A stretch of DNA of 62,780 nt, counting the filler, from Globobulimina sp. (taxonomy: Eukaryota), in the NCBI GenBank assembly GCA_003354225.1. It is 48 parts of 48 records of this genome, joined end to end, with 100 filler letters (N's around TTAATTAATTAA, not from the genome) between each part and the next. Parts side by side here need not be neighbours in the genome. Positions count along the whole stretch, not along the records: positions 23,596 to 24,805 come from PIVH01020905.1; positions 24,906 to 26,115 come from PIVH01020906.1; positions 26,216 to 27,425 come from PIVH01020907.1; positions 27,526 to 28,735 come from PIVH01020908.1; positions 28,836 to 30,045 come from PIVH01020909.1; positions 30,146 to 31,355 come from PIVH01020910.1; positions 31,456 to 32,665 come from PIVH01020911.1; positions 32,766 to 33,975 come from PIVH01020912.1; 40 more parts are not named here. One strand, given 5' to 3'. Under the pieces are notes generated by a model, which worked only from the letters and a program-made list of their open reading frames with translations, was not told where the DNA came from and ran no database searches. Shown here piece after piece: positions 23,596-36,736 of the stretch. The number at the start of each line of letters is the position of its first letter. Within the stretch, counting starts at the first letter, position 1. The translations under genes and the position numbers were made by a program.

Positions 23596-24805
23596 TAAAT
23601 TAATAACATTCGATCTCTTCTCTTCATTTTCGTTTTGCATCATAATGTCGCGTATCATTGCATCCATCGCCTTTTCATCATAATGGATCTGCTCCTTTTC
23701 TAAATCCAAATATGGCCCTGCAAACTTACCGTAATTATGCACACTCATCCAACAGCCACACGCATTATCCACCGAATCATCCGTCGACATATCCACCGAC
23801 ACATACTCATGTGCGAAAACCTCGAAGTTATCCGGACAGGCCAGATCGCCCGAAAACGTACTCTCAAAGAAATCGGCTTTCAACTCCTTCAATCTGGCCC
23901 GCATCGCAGCCACTTTCTCCGGCATAGCCTCCGCTAAATCACTATGCTCGCCGGGATCCTCCAACACATTGAACAAACAGCCCCAGTTTTTCTTGGAATC
24001 GCACACCAAATACGCTAACAATGGGAGCAAAAACTGTGTTAATTTGTACTTTGTATACAAAAAAATAGCAAAACAACATAACTTTCTTCCAACTCTTGTT
24101 GTGTGGCACTGCTCCCATTTGGGAATCTGGCCGATTGCCATATGGCATATCGATTAGTACCGCCAAGAATTATTTTATAATCGCCTTGGAACAACACATT
24201 TTTGTTCATAATCAGCTCATCGCGCGGCGATATATCCGTATTGCCGGCAATTAGCGGCCACATATTATAACCATCCACGGCGGGTAAACCGTTTTCTTTT
24301 GCGAGATAATCCGTGGGATCCACGTCTAACATTTCACTCAAAGTTACATACCAATCGCTGATATGCATCATGCCGCTTTCTACGCCGCCATGGCGCGACT
24401 CTGGTAAGTACCCGCCACTCACGAATGCAGTGGCTCTTATTCCACCTAAGTACGTTTGCAGAGCATTGTCGTCATGTGTCACTAAGGAAAAAAACTTTTA
24501 CTCTGAGCATGTCAACATCATACCTTCCAAAAATGAAGCCTTGCCACCACGTAATGGATAATTATTCCCTGCGGTGTCATCCAACTCCAATGAACCACCG
24601 TTGTCTGAAGTAAATATAATCAACGTGTCCTCCCATAAATTATTCTCCTTCAATTTAGCAGTAATTTGCCCCACAATATCGTCCAACACAGCCACTTGTG
24701 CCTGTAATATAGATCTGCATCTCCATAGCGAGCGATCTTCATAATACCCAGGAAATATCTGTAGGTTTTCAGTTACACACTGCGACTCATCATCTTCAAA
24801 ATCTG
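23596..24805 (-). CDS. Arylsulfatase B-like sulfatase, internal/C-terminal part, introns 24446-24523 and 24015-24082
   Basis: LDDIVG, IIFTSDNGG, NNYPLRGGK, EGGIR (restored by splicing), HISDWYVTL, DGYNMW, CLFNVLEDPGEH. Confidence 0.92.
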
Positions 24806-24905
24806 NNNNNNNNNNNNNNNNNNNNNNNNNNNNNNNNNNNNNNNNNNNNTTAATTAATTAANNNNNNNNNNNNNNNNNNNNNNNNNNNNNNNNNNNNNNN
24901 NNNNN

Positions 24906-25341
24906 TACGGCGCCAATACAGCTGCGGTGGCGCCTGTCGCGCCGGATATTTCTGCACATCTCCCGCCAAACAGAGATGTAATAAATCCAACAATCCAGGC
25001 CGCGTGTAAGCCAATGAACGGATCGACCCCGGCCAGAAAAGAAAAGGCGACAGCTTCTGGAATCTGAGCGAATGAGACAACAAAACCAGAGAGTATCTCA
25101 TTCTTTAATTGTTTCCAATCGCGCTGATAAACTGATAATGGATAGAAGCATGATATTGGTTCAAATATTGGCCAATTAGTATTGTCGTCGGTTTCTAAAT
25201 CGTCAGAAGCGAGGTCGATGTCCTCTTTATCCGAACTCAACGTCTATTCAGAATACAGTAAACATTTAATTTCGGTAAATCAAATACAAGAAATATATAT
25301 AACTTAACGATGTTTATTTCATTCTCCTCGGCTGACTGCAT
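24906..25341 (-). CDS. SulP/SLC26 anion transporter, N-terminus, one intron near 25245-25308
   Basis: EILSGFVVSFAQIPEAVAFSFLAGVDP..GLHAA...FGGR..ISGATGA. Phase-0 GTTAAG..TAG intron after MQSAEENEINI. Confidence 0.9.
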
Positions 25342-25474
25342 TTTTTTCTCTTTATATATACAACCCAATGTTAATTATAATTACTCATCATACCTCACGA
25401 TTGACTCAGTAAAATGATATGGCTCTCTCTTCAAAAGTCATCGTTAAGCTCACATGCTTTTCAATTCCTAGAAC

Positions 25475-25662
25475 ATGTCACTTAAAATGCAATCCACTAA
25501 TCCTGAAGTCATAGTGATTGGATTCATTCATGACAATGAAAAACTATATCATATGCTAATTCCATCGGAATTATATGTTATTTTTGTAATGTTTTATCCA
25601 CCAAACTATAAATTATATGCGATTGGATTTGGGTATTTGGGGTTGCCTCCCAAATACAGTCA
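25475..25662 (+). CDS. N-terminus of a eukaryotic protein with the same leader type as the RCC1 protein at 32987, cut at a chimeric junction
   Basis: VIVIGFIH...IPSELYVIFVMFY...LYAIG parallels LLVSGYVR...DIISVIHAFH...LYSIG at 32987. Confidence 0.55.
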
Positions 25663-26115
25663 ATTCAAAGACAAGAGCGGCTTTGGTACGACGCAAGCTA
25701 TGGGAGCTATAAGCCTCAGGTTCAAGCCGGGCATAGCTTACCCACTTTTTTACTAAACGCCGATATTGCTTAGTACTGATGGGGCGATCCTTGCTTTTGC
25801 GAATACCTGTAAATAGATGATCGGTGCGTGTTTTTTTGCTGGCTTTGATAAAGCGCTGTAACGTTGCTTGAGTTTTTTCTGATAATCCCACCAAGTTGGC
25901 CGTATGGGTTTTTTGCTGCATGATATGAAACTCTTTCTTGATCTTGCCATCATAAGTCATAACATCATTTACGGCTAAGGAGAGCAGATCAACGCCTCTG
26001 AGCATCGTATCAATGGCCATAGAAAAGAGAGTGAGATCCCGCAGATGTCCCTCAGCTTCAAGGATCTGTTTGATCAGATGGACTTGACCGGGAGTGAGCG
26101 GCTTTTTTTGTCCCA
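25663..26115 (-). CDS. Bacterial tyrosine recombinase/integrase fragment
   Basis: GQKKPL, RDLTLFSMAIDTMLRGVDLL, QQKT, YSSHSLRRTKA. It breaks off before the C-terminal H and catalytic Y. Confidence 0.88.
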
Positions 26116-26215
26116 NNNNNNNNNNNNNNNNNNNNNNNNNNNNNNNNNNNNNNNNNNNNTTAATTAATTAANNNNNNNNNNNNNNNNNNNNNNNNNNNNN
26201 NNNNNNNNNNNNNNN

Positions 26216-26370
26216 CATTTGTTTTGTTATGTTTTACAATGTGTTTTGCTGTGTTTTGTCAAATGTTTTACTATGTTTTACAATATGTTTTATTGTGTTT
26301 TATAAATTATTTTGGGTGTTTTACAATTTGTTTTATTATGTTTTATAATGTTTTATAATGTGTTTTGTTT
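26216..26370. repeat. Degenerate 10-12-bp tandem repeat (TGTTTTATAA-like)
   Basis: Directly visible. Confidence 0.7.
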
Positions 26371-26556
26371 TGACCGGTATACTTACTAATTGCTGCTTGG
26401 ACGCTGCAGGATTTGCAAATGATTTTTGTTGATCCATGAAATGTCTTGTTGAGACTAAGCAAAAATTTACTTCTCATTTTTAGAGTCAAGAAAAGTGAAA
26501 TAAAAATTCGCATATTGACAAAAACAAGAATATTAACAACAACACTGTCACTATAG

Positions 26557-27425
26557 TCAGTCCACCTTTTTATTGTAATTATCAAGTATTTTCCAGATAG
26601 CTTTTTCAAACATATGTGGTCCTTTATTTTTGTTGATAATTTTTGATTTTTTAATTGCATTCATCCTTAGCTTGGAATAAAGTGACTGATTCTCAACAAT
26701 TTGTTTAATATAATCTTTTAATTCATTTTTGTTGAATAAAATACCATCAATCTCATGATCCACAATAATGGATGCTACCGTATTATTTGGTGCAATCACT
26801 GGTATTCCCATCAAATACGATTCGTGCATACAACGTGAATATGTATCACTGTCTGCTCTCGGCATTACAAATAAATCTGATCTTTGCAGAACATTCAACA
26901 CTTCATTTTGCTTTATTTTACCTAAATATTCAACATTGAATGGATATCTCTCTTTTAATGATAAAACACGGTCTGTATTCGGTCCATTTCCAGCAATAAT
27001 CCATTTTACATTATTTCGAATATATTCATTTTCATTCAATAATTCTTGATAAATATCACAAAATTCAATTATTCCCTTTTCCGGAGCTAATCTTCCAATA
27101 TACACCAAATTAAAAAAACCATCATCTTTCTCATTCCCATTCTCATTCTCATTCTTTTCAATATCGATACTGTTGGACGCCACAACTTTAATTCTCTGTG
27201 GATCAAATGTTTGCATATAATCTGTTGACAACAATTTATTTTTGCAAAAATCATTTTGAACAAACGTATAATCAAAACCACTGCATAAATATGACACATA
27301 TTTTCCCAGCAAATATCGAATCGGTGGTATAGATACTAAATGGTTCCATGGATAATAATGAATTGCTGCTTCCCTAAAAAAGAAACGAAAATCATAAATC
27401 AATGGAATACTAAATTTTTTTGCTA
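26557..27425 (-). CDS. GT-B family 4 glycosyltransferase, 5' truncated
   Basis: LVYIGRLAPEKG, IAGNGP, SDLFVMP, ESYLMGIPVI, DGILF. Confidence 0.88.
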
Positions 27426-28398
27426 NNNNNNNNNNNNNNNNNNNNNNNNNNNNNNNNNNNNNNNNNNNNTTAATTAATTAANNNNNNNNNNNNNNNNNNN
27501 NNNNNNNNNNNNNNNNNNNNNNNNNTGCCGTGTTATTGATTGGTGGCTCCGTATTTCCCTCGTTGTTAGCTCTCCGATTTTGTGTAATATTGTGATAAAT
27601 CCATTGCTGTTTTAAGGCTTCAAATTCATGATCATATTCATATTCATATCCATCATCATTACTGTCTGATGTTTCACTCTCTGTTATTAGCTCAAAACAT
27701 GAATGATGTTCGATATCAACAAGTGGCGAATTCTTATTACTCATATTAACTGTTATTGGCGATGGAAGAGGATATTGTTTGTGTATATACATATGGTCCC
27801 TGAATATACATAATTGTTCTAAACATAAATGCACCGCTATTACACTTATTGTATTAGTAAATATAATAAATATTAGTACCTCCGCCAGATGTTTTTGTAT
27901 CACTTTGATGTGGTAGATGTGTTGAACTGTGTTCAACAGAGTCTATTTTTCTTTTATTGACAGCTGTTTGAAAGAGTTGTACCAAAAAGGACACATTGAA
28001 AGGCATTTACTTTACGGTTTTGGACTTTTGGTCCAGAAAAATTGTTTTCTGATATGAAATTTTGTGGCATGCACCACGGTGTCTAATTTATTGTGATGAT
28101 AACTTAACAAACTGAATTGAAAAAATAAGTTATCGGAAAGCCCTATAATAGGGTGTTAAGTTTTTAAAGATAAATTCTAAAGGGTGTTTCCAAAGGCTTT
28201 AGAAATTTATTTATCTTTAAATAAATTATTTCCAAAGATAAAGCACTTTAAATAAAGATCAGATTTAATAATGCTTTAGAAATCTTTATAAATGTTTAAA
28301 TAAAAGTTGTTTTTATTTAAACATTTATTTAAATTTTTATAAATCTTTATCTAAAGCTTTATTTAAATATATAATACCCAGATAATTCTCTCCAACGC

Positions 28399-28679
28399 TT
28401 AACTAAAAAGTCTAAAATCCAAACGCAACGCATTGCGCAGATACGCCACATCATACTCACGCACTAACTGTGGCATATGGAACAAGTTCAAGAAGAACTT
28501 GAATCAAACCCGTATCTCCGAGTACGCCTTGAATATCCACTGCACAAATTCGCGGTACAATTGCGCGTCTTGCACGCCACAGTCGATGGCATACTTCATC
28601 AGCGACGTAAACACAAAGGGCGACCTCTCCCGATTCCATTTTATTAGGCCACCACAGACTTGTTTGTGCTTGAAATCGC
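28399..28679 (-). CDS. Last two exons of a hypothetical protein, intron 28468-28509
   Basis: After a TTTTAG acceptor the frame reads ...FVQWIFKAYSEIR and splices in frame to LVREYDVAYLRNALRLDFRLFS*. Confidence 0.45.
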
Positions 28680-28917
28680 CTAAAAAATGTCCAAAATCAA
28701 TTAGGATTTTTTTTTTTTTTAAATATATTATCGATNNNNNNNNNNNNNNNNNNNNNNNNNNNNNNNNNNNNNNNNNNNNTTAATTAATTAANNNNNNNNN
28801 NNNNNNNNNNNNNNNNNNNNNNNNNNNNNNNNNNNGGATTAATAATGATTTTCATTTTTCTCTGGGACCCCGCGAATAGGCGGTTTTGGAATCGCCACAC
28901 CAAAAGTGACAAGTAAG

Positions 28918-29765
28918 TTAATTTAATTTTTAATTTAAAGTTTATTCACTCTAAGTCATAATATATCATTAGTTATATCATATTCTGAATACTGTATAAA
29001 ATTGAATAAAGATGAAATATAATGTATATGTCTATTTTTCCATACAGTATGAAGCAATTACAACATTAACATAAACCAATGACTACATAGTATACATAAT
29101 ATAAGATATACATTAAGTAACATAGAAAAATATTGTTAGTAACAAAAAGGAATGGGGCAAACCAGGACAATTTTACCGATTTTAAAGTGAAAACGGTTTG
29201 GTGGCCGTAGCTCTTATCCAAACCGTAAATTATAATTTTGTACAGTTAATTTACGTTTAAAAGCACTGAAAGAACGAGTGGCTATTTGTTCCTCTGTCAG
29301 TCTATTCCATTGGTTAACAACTCTATTTGAAAAGAAAAATTTTCTTGCATTTATACGACTTTTTTTAACTACCATTTTGGCTGAATGTCCGCGAGTGATA
29401 CCTTCACTGATCTCAAAAAATTGGTTAAAATCTAGATCAATTAGATTATTACGCATTTTATAACACATAGATAAGTCAGTCCTAACGCGTCGTCTTTCCA
29501 GAGTTTCTAGATCAAGAAAGACAAGACGTTCCAGATATGACATTTTAGGTAAATTGCATCTTATGAATATCCTTCGAGTAAAATATCTTTGTACTTTTTC
29601 AATAATATCGATGTATTTACGTAGATGTGGGTTCCACACTGATGGACCGTACTCAACTATTGGACGAACGTAAACTTTATAGGCTCTTAGTAGGGTTGAG
29701 ACTTTTTTACTACGAAAGACACGAAATATTAAGGCTGAAGTCCTTAGCGCTTTTGATGAAATTAT
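28918..29765 (-). mobile_element. 5'-truncated CR1-group LINE: ORF2 C-terminus (29214-29765), 3' UTR and A-rich tail
   Basis: AYKVYVRPIVEYGPSVWNPHL, IEKVQRYFTRR, YLERL, LERRR..TDL, TRGH, FFSNRVVNQWN. AATAAA plus a TTAAA-type tail at 28918-28946. Confidence 0.9.
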
Positions 29766-30145
29766 TCATAGGTTTGAGTCGATAAGTTGTGTAATATGCT
29801 TCTTGTCCTTTAGCTGCGTTTGGTGGCACAGATAATTTTCATAATGCACAAACAGCACCTACTTGCGGATGTCTACAATGTCCCGCAAGTAGTCGGTATA
29901 GTTAGTGATAGTGGGTAAAGCCTACGGTCACTGTGTTCCCAGTTCTCAGTACCGTACGCAGCAGTACAGTACCGTACAAGAGCCGTTAGGGGCGTTTCCT
30001 AACACTTACTTCTGTAAGCTACCGTTGGAGGCAAATGCTAAAAGGNNNNNNNNNNNNNNNNNNNNNNNNNNNNNNNNNNNNNNNNNNNNTTAATTAATTA
30101 ANNNNNNNNNNNNNNNNNNNNNNNNNNNNNNNNNNNNNNNNNNNN

Positions 30146-30476
30146 AGTCGATTATAAAAACGATGTCTATGTTGGTTCGACACTCTGTAAAACATACATT
30201 TAAATCACTGGTATTCGGATTTTGTAATTTGCCAAATGCCGTGTCATAAAATGTTGACCATTTACAGAAAAAATCATCGCTATGGCCATTACAGGTAGCT
30301 TCGGTTAATAAATTACCGCAACCAAATGATATACAACTATCAGATGTTGCATTCCAATGACAAGATTGTTTTGTCTCACGTCTTAAATCTACACACGATG
30401 TCTCATTCATAGTATCTTCACAAATTGTTCGAGCCTCAATGATTGTTATGCTCAAAAATAATACCGACGCTAACAT
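30146..30476 (-). CDS. Secreted Cys-rich protein entering a von Willebrand A domain, 3' truncated
   Basis: Signal peptide, two C...CxW repeats, ends at DIVFIID (start of the VWA MIDAS strand). Confidence 0.7.
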
Positions 30477-31033
30477 GTTTGCTCACTTCAGTTTAGTACA
30501 CAAAAACGTTTTGCTCTGTAAAAATCAAAACATGTTGATTTGCAAACACTGAACATTTAGACGACTGTTTCTATCAAATATCCCATTGTAATGCGTGCAC
30601 TCAATAAAAAAAATCGGCGAAAACACTGAACACAAACAATACAAAAGCAAAAAAAAAGAAAGCATAAAAAAAAAATGAAAATTGGTAAATATTAAAAAAA
30701 ATGAGCGTATTATTTTTTTTCCATTGATAATTATATGCGTTGATTTGCTTAATTTATTATTGTCAACACAATATACATTATTAAAATACTCAAAATAATC
30801 AAACTCATGGCAACAATATCAATTTCATTATTCAAAAAAAGCAAAAAATCAAACAATAAAAATATAAATCTCAATTCAAAAAAAAAATCATACAAAATAT
30901 AAAAAAAAACTCGCATACATAAATTATAAGGAAAAACTAATAAAAACTGTGCAATGAAAAAATATCAAAATATGGAAAAATCAAAATTTACAATCCAAAA
31001 AGCATAAAAAAGATATATAAGAAAGCTTTAACA

Positions 31034-31355
31034 TTAAATTAAATTATTTCTTTCCAAACCGGCCTGGACCACAATTTGCTGAACGTCATTAAACACATTT
31101 TGCACATTATTTTTATCCGTGGCGCACGTGATATGTACATAAATCTGCCTTTGTTTGGCATTATTGATATTGTTATACGACACAAACTTCGCTTTGATAT
31201 AATTCCTCGAATCCTCCATATACTGCGTTTTTTGCTCCTGCAACAAAGGATGGCCAGTTTGAGAGTAAGATTGCGAGTTTTCTTGCGGTGGCTGTTTGTC
31301 ATACTCACTAAAACACACTGAGAGCGGTATGATATGTATCTTCTTCTCGAATAAG
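31034..31355 (-). CDS. Heterotrimeric G-protein alpha subunit, C-terminus
   Basis: LFEKKI...PLSVCFSEY, YIKAKF, IYVHITCATD (G5 box), VQNVFNDVQQIV. Confidence 0.92.
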
Positions 31356-32158
31356 NNNNNNNNNNNNNNNNNNNNNNNNNNNNNNNNNNNNNNNNNNNNT
31401 TAATTAATTAANNNNNNNNNNNNNNNNNNNNNNNNNNNNNNNNNNNNNNNNNNNNCCAAATTCTAGTAAGTACAACAAAGTGCATTTAGTTCGATATATG
31501 GCAAAATCCAACGGAAAATGGTCGCGATTGGATTCAAATATGGCGTGTAGTATTGAAACAGGACCAGGTTCAGGTTGTGATGCTCAGTTTTTATTTGCTG
31601 CTCCCATTGAGTTACAGGTTGCTAATATTGCAAATGATGGCTAATATTGCACAGAATGTTATCATTTGCATCAAATATTACATACAAAGCATATGCCTGT
31701 GATTCCCACACAAATGAATTGGAAATGCTTTCAAAGAGTGGATTGGCTGCATTTCCACGATGCCTGCTCCACATTGAAAACTATTAAAAGGCGATGTGCA
31801 AAAACAGCTCCTCCATCGATTTTCCCTCATCTTTTCTTCATCACTCTAATATCGGTTTTTTTAACTGAAAAAATTCGATTAGTCTACTAAATATAGACTG
31901 TAGACGGATAAAATCAACTCAATTATCGACTTTGCTTTCAATTCAATTAAATGCACTAATTCTATTGTACGCGCAGCCGATACAATCAACGATGCTGTCT
32001 GTCAACTATAAAAATATGTTAATAAGAAAAAAATAAAATAAATTGAAAAAATAAAATAATAAAAAATGTAAAACCCAAATTGAAAAGACAAGCGAATAGA
32101 TAAAAATTAAAACGTTTTTAATGTTTCTGAAAACGTTTTTTATTTTCCCAGCAACGTT

Positions 32159-32599
32159 TTACGGCTGTTTTCGTGGAATCAGTTGTGACATTAATATTTT
32201 ATTGATTTGGTTGATATATTTCAATTTATCCTCATATGTAACCTCAACACATAATTTATGTTCAAATATATATTTACAAAACATTTTATTTTTATTAGAT
32301 CCATTCAGGTATATCTCATTCCAATTTGTTTCATCAATTAAACTAACTTGGATTTGAATTTCATCATTTTTAAAAACGGATATTCTCAAATCAGTAATAT
32401 TATTCATTGCAATGCATATTTCAGTATTTAATAATAAATTATCATTGCATTCATAAAAAAGTTTATTATCGTTACTATCAACATTCATATTTGAAATAAG
32501 CCATTGATTCGTCTTAATATATCCAACAGAAACATGCGCATCAATAATGTCTGTGATATAGTCAATAGATATCCCATCATTGTCATAATTATATTGCAC
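32159..32599 (-). CDS. Hypothetical protein, partial
   Basis: 146-codon ORF in very AT-rich DNA, no recognised motif. Confidence 0.4.
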   Translation of the reverse strand: MQYNYDNDGISIDYITDIIDAHVSVGYIKTNQWLISNMNVDSNDNKLFYECNDNLLLNTEICIAMNNITDLRISVFKNDEIQIQVSLIDETNWNEIYLNGSNKNKMFCKYIFEHKLCVEVTYEDKLKYINQINKILMSQLIPRKQP

Positions 32600-32986
32600 A
32601 CATATCCATATATTTGCATCTCTATTTTGTATGCATTTCTACATTATATATATCATATTTATTTTNNNNNNNNNNNNNNNNNNNNNNNNNNNNNNNNNNN
32701 NNNNNNNNNTTAATTAATTAANNNNNNNNNNNNNNNNNNNNNNNNNNNNNNNNNNNNNNNNNNNNGTGTATCAATTCCAACTGTAAATGATTTTATTCAT
32801 TTATTAAATTACGAAAGGAAACGTTTTTAAATGGTTGTTGTCCGTATGATTTCTCTCAAACAAAATAGAGCAGTTTTATGCATAATTATGTACCATATTT
32901 CAAATAACATAAAATAACAAAAAGCCACAAAGTTCACTAGTTTCGAATCCAAAATTAACTACGTCTCACTAAACGATTACTGAAAA

Positions 32987-33975
32987 ATGAACCATGCTGT
33001 CAGGAAAAGACGGTTCCAATTATTAGTAAGTGGATACGTTAGAAAAACTACGTCGCAATACATCCATACAGATATTATTAGTGTCATTCATGCGTTCCAT
33101 TATGTAATATATAAAATGTTGGAATTATATTCTATTGGAAACAATAGATCCGGACAACAAGGCAATGGAAGATATGGAAGAATGGGCAGAGTAAGACGAC
33201 GTAAGAATAATTATAGAAACAGAGGGAGAGGGCACAGAAACAGAAGCCGACGATTTAATATAAAAACATTAAAAAAAGAAATAAAAAATATTGTTACTTG
33301 TGGTGAAGCAGCATACATTTTATTTGATGATGAAACATATGAATGTTGTGGCTATAATAAAAAGGGTGTATTAGGTGTTGGAGATTATAATAATATTAAT
33401 ATATGGCATCAAATAAAAGATATGAAAATTAAAAATATATTCGCAGCACCAAATGGATCAGAACACTCATTTTGTATTTCAAATCAAAATAAATTATATG
33501 CTGTCGGAGTGAATGATTGCAATCAATTTGGTATAAAAACAAATAAACAAAAGAATAATAAATGGACACCAATTAATACAACATTACCGATTCAAAAAGT
33601 AGCCACAGCAAGGCGATACACAACATGTTTAAGTACAAATGGTAAAATATATGTTTCTGGTGATCATTATAGTGGTTTAGGATTAGGAAAAGATATTAAT
33701 TCATCACCAAATATTCAAGAAATTCAAACAAAAATAAAATTTAAGGATATATATTGTGGATGTGATCATACCTTAGCAATTGATGATAATTATGGTGTTT
33801 GGTCGTGGGGAGATGGTGGATATGGTAGGTTAGGCCATGGAGATGGTAATAATAGATATTTGCCAACAAGAATACAATATTTTATTCAAAACAATATTAA
33901 AATTGGTAAAATATGTGGTGGTTTTGCACATAATATATTATTAACATTAAATAACAAAGTTTTGATCTTTTTGTG
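32987..33975 (+). CDS. RCC1-repeat beta-propeller protein, 3' truncated
   Basis: Repeated G.N..GQ.G and CGCDHTLAI...VWSWGDGGYGRLGHGD motifs. Confidence 0.92.
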
Positions 33976-34075
33976 NNNNNNNNNNNNNNNNNNNNNNNNN
34001 NNNNNNNNNNNNNNNNNNNTTAATTAATTAANNNNNNNNNNNNNNNNNNNNNNNNNNNNNNNNNNNNNNNNNNNN

Positions 34076-35264
34076 CCATTTGGATTTGGCTTTGCTGCAA
34101 CAATTCCTTTCTCAATCCACGGCGATACAAAAACAGCAGGCACTCGAACTCCTAATCGATTAAACAAGAAACCATCGCTCGCATTCCTCCCATCTGGATT
34201 AGGAGCAGCTGGCGGCGCCACATGGTCAAAAAAGCCGCCATGTTCATCATAATAAACAAAAAGCAATGTTTCATTCCAAATTGGCGATGCTCGGACTGCC
34301 TCATATATGTCTTTAAGCAGTTGCTCCCCGCGACGTACGTCATGGTTTGGATGCTGGTCATTGGCTAAAATGCCTATGCTTGGCCGTGGGAAATATGTTG
34401 GATCAATCCATGAAAATACGGGAAGGTCTCCAACAGCTAATTTCTCATAAAAATGTCGATTAAATTGCTTATATTTGTTGGGAAATCGCCTCATATACTC
34501 ATAGCACACCGTGGTCGGTACATCCTGAAAGAAACTGATCCAGCTTTGATTGACGGAGCCATTATAATATTTATCCAACATTTCAAAGATTGTGTAATGA
34601 ATCCAGCCCTCAGCATACCTGGCATTGGTCATATCTGTTTCGCCCATACTCGTTCCGCCAAACGCAAACATTCGATTTGGAAATGTTGGACCTGGAACGT
34701 CGGAAAACCAACGGTCACTTAAACCAAACTCATTGGCCAATGTTGCAAGTATGGGAATATCCGCAGGCTTGAAGCATTCCATAATCTCAGATCCATTCGA
34801 ATAGCGGTCAGAGAATGAAGAGACGAATCCATTCATTTTAGTGTTCCATATCGGTGGATCATTTGTTGTGTCTTCTCCAAATAATTGATATGTCGTACCT
34901 TGTAAACCATGATTTGGATCTGCTGGATTCACATAAACGGCATTGCTCCCAACATAGATTCTTGTGTCATTCGGGTTTTGTGGATTTAATGGATTGCTAC
35001 ATATTTCTCCTTTGCTCGGTAAACACCCATCAATTTCTGAACGGTTTTGGGCCATGAAACCCAACATATGATCAAATGCTCTGTTTTCGAACTTGATTTG
35101 GAATTATATTGTTTTCAAACTTGATTGCGAGGACAACAGATTCACTTAACCATTACAGCAATGACATGCTTGATTCTTCCACCAAATGATGGTGGTTCTG
35201 AAACAAATGACGCATTGGGCGACGTGATCAATACCACAAAGAAAAAAAGCAAAGACGTTGACAT
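34076..35264 (-). CDS. Phosphoesterase-family non-specific phospholipase C, secreted, intron 35092-35150, 3' truncated
   Basis: IKHVIAVM|FENRAFDHMLG, LANEF..SDRWFSDVPGPTFPNR, DQHPNHDV, YDEHGGFFDHV, RLGVRVP..FVSPWI. Confidence 0.93.
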
Positions 35265-36294
35265 GATTTCTAAAGTTTAGTATTTNNNNNNNNNNNNNNN
35301 NNNNNNNNNNNNNNNNNNNNNNNNNNNNNTTAATTAATTAANNNNNNNNNNNNNNNNNNNNNNNNNNNNNNNNNNNNNNNNNNNNTGGGTAAGGATGGAG
35401 AGTTGTATACATACAAACAACTGAAGCGGAGCTTAACCAAACTGTCACCCAAATTTTCGTACTGTCCTAAAGAAATCCACTGCTCCCCATGTGAGCTCTT
35501 TTCTTCTCAAAAATCATTGATGGATAGAGTGTTCCCCTACCAGTGTCAAGATGAGGAAAGCAAACTTTGGGATGGTATTAGGGAAGTGATAACCACGCTT
35601 CCAAATGGACTGCTCGTGAATTATATATTTGGGTGATTATTTCTATTATCTCTCCATGTATATGATTTAACCATTGTATTTTATAGTTCAACACATCAGA
35701 GCAGGTAGTGAAAGAGTGGATTTGTAGTATTGTGGTGATGGTGATAATGTCACATTCTAATACTGTAAGTTAATGTTTTCTTTTTTATTCAATGTACATG
35801 CATGTGATTGTTTCATAGTATTAAATTGCACGTGCGGTTGTGACCTGACCTTCTTTCATTTTTTCGACTTTTAAAAATGTAAGGATTTTTGACCTTCTTA
35901 CTTACTACTCGACCTTTTTATAGAGTTTAAAAATAGAGAGATCGCACATACGAATATAAAATTAATTTATCATGTTTTAGATTTCAAACAATAGATGACT
36001 CCCACGAAGTGTCATTTGAGTTGATCGACAATCATAAAACCGGAATTAACATTGTGATGTATATTTGACGATTTTCTATGATAAACAAATCATGTATTGC
36101 ATAAACACTTTGCCTTTTTCACAACCGATTATAACCCACCATTTTTAAACTCCACGCAATACTTTTCTGGAGTGTTTTTACTTTTAAACTCGAACTCACA
36201 TTTTAAAACACAAAAGACAAATACAAGTTTAATAGTGTATAACTGTCGATGTGCCTTATTGCCGATTGTAGTTCAATCAGATAGTGATTTTACG

Positions 36295-36313
36295 GAGAGA
36301 GAGAGAGAGAGAG
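36295..36313. repeat. (GA)n microsatellite
   Basis: Directly visible. Confidence 0.9.
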
Positions 36314-36736
36314 TACTAACAGGTTATTTCTGCAATCAGATGGGGCTTGATGGTTTGAGTGCTGGCAGCTGTTTTTCTTAGATGTAAACTGCCAACGTTA
36401 AAATTATGTATGTATGTATGTTGAAAGTAAAATTACAATAAAGTTCTTAATTCGACAAATTTTAGTTCCCTCCCAGTACAAATACTATATGTTCAACATG
36501 AATGCGGGAGTGGAGTAAACAGAAAACACTATAGATTTACAACTATTGTATTGTTATTTAAATTTCAAAATAGGAGGAACATTAAGTTGCACAAANNNNN
36601 NNNNNNNNNNNNNNNNNNNNNNNNNNNNNNNNNNNNNNNTTAATTAATTAANNNNNNNNNNNNNNNNNNNNNNNNNNNNNNNNNNNNNNNNNNNNTTCGA
36701 ATTAAGAAAATAAATACATTCAATCAACAATTTGTA

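Noticed and set aside
23596-25341. Sulfatase plus SulP transporter as a sulfate-scavenging cluster
   Set aside because: A spacer separates them; adjacency results from length sorting.
22614-26115. Two tyrosine recombinases as one mobile system
   Set aside because: They lie on different contigs and belong to different families (DIRS-like versus bacterial integrase).
28141-28380. AT-rich quasi-palindromic block starting CCCTATAATAGGG as a MITE or replication origin
   Set aside because: No convincing TIR pair, TSD or second copy in the window.
35386-36595. Short ORFs in this contig
   Set aside because: No motif or coherent exon structure; mostly non-coding.
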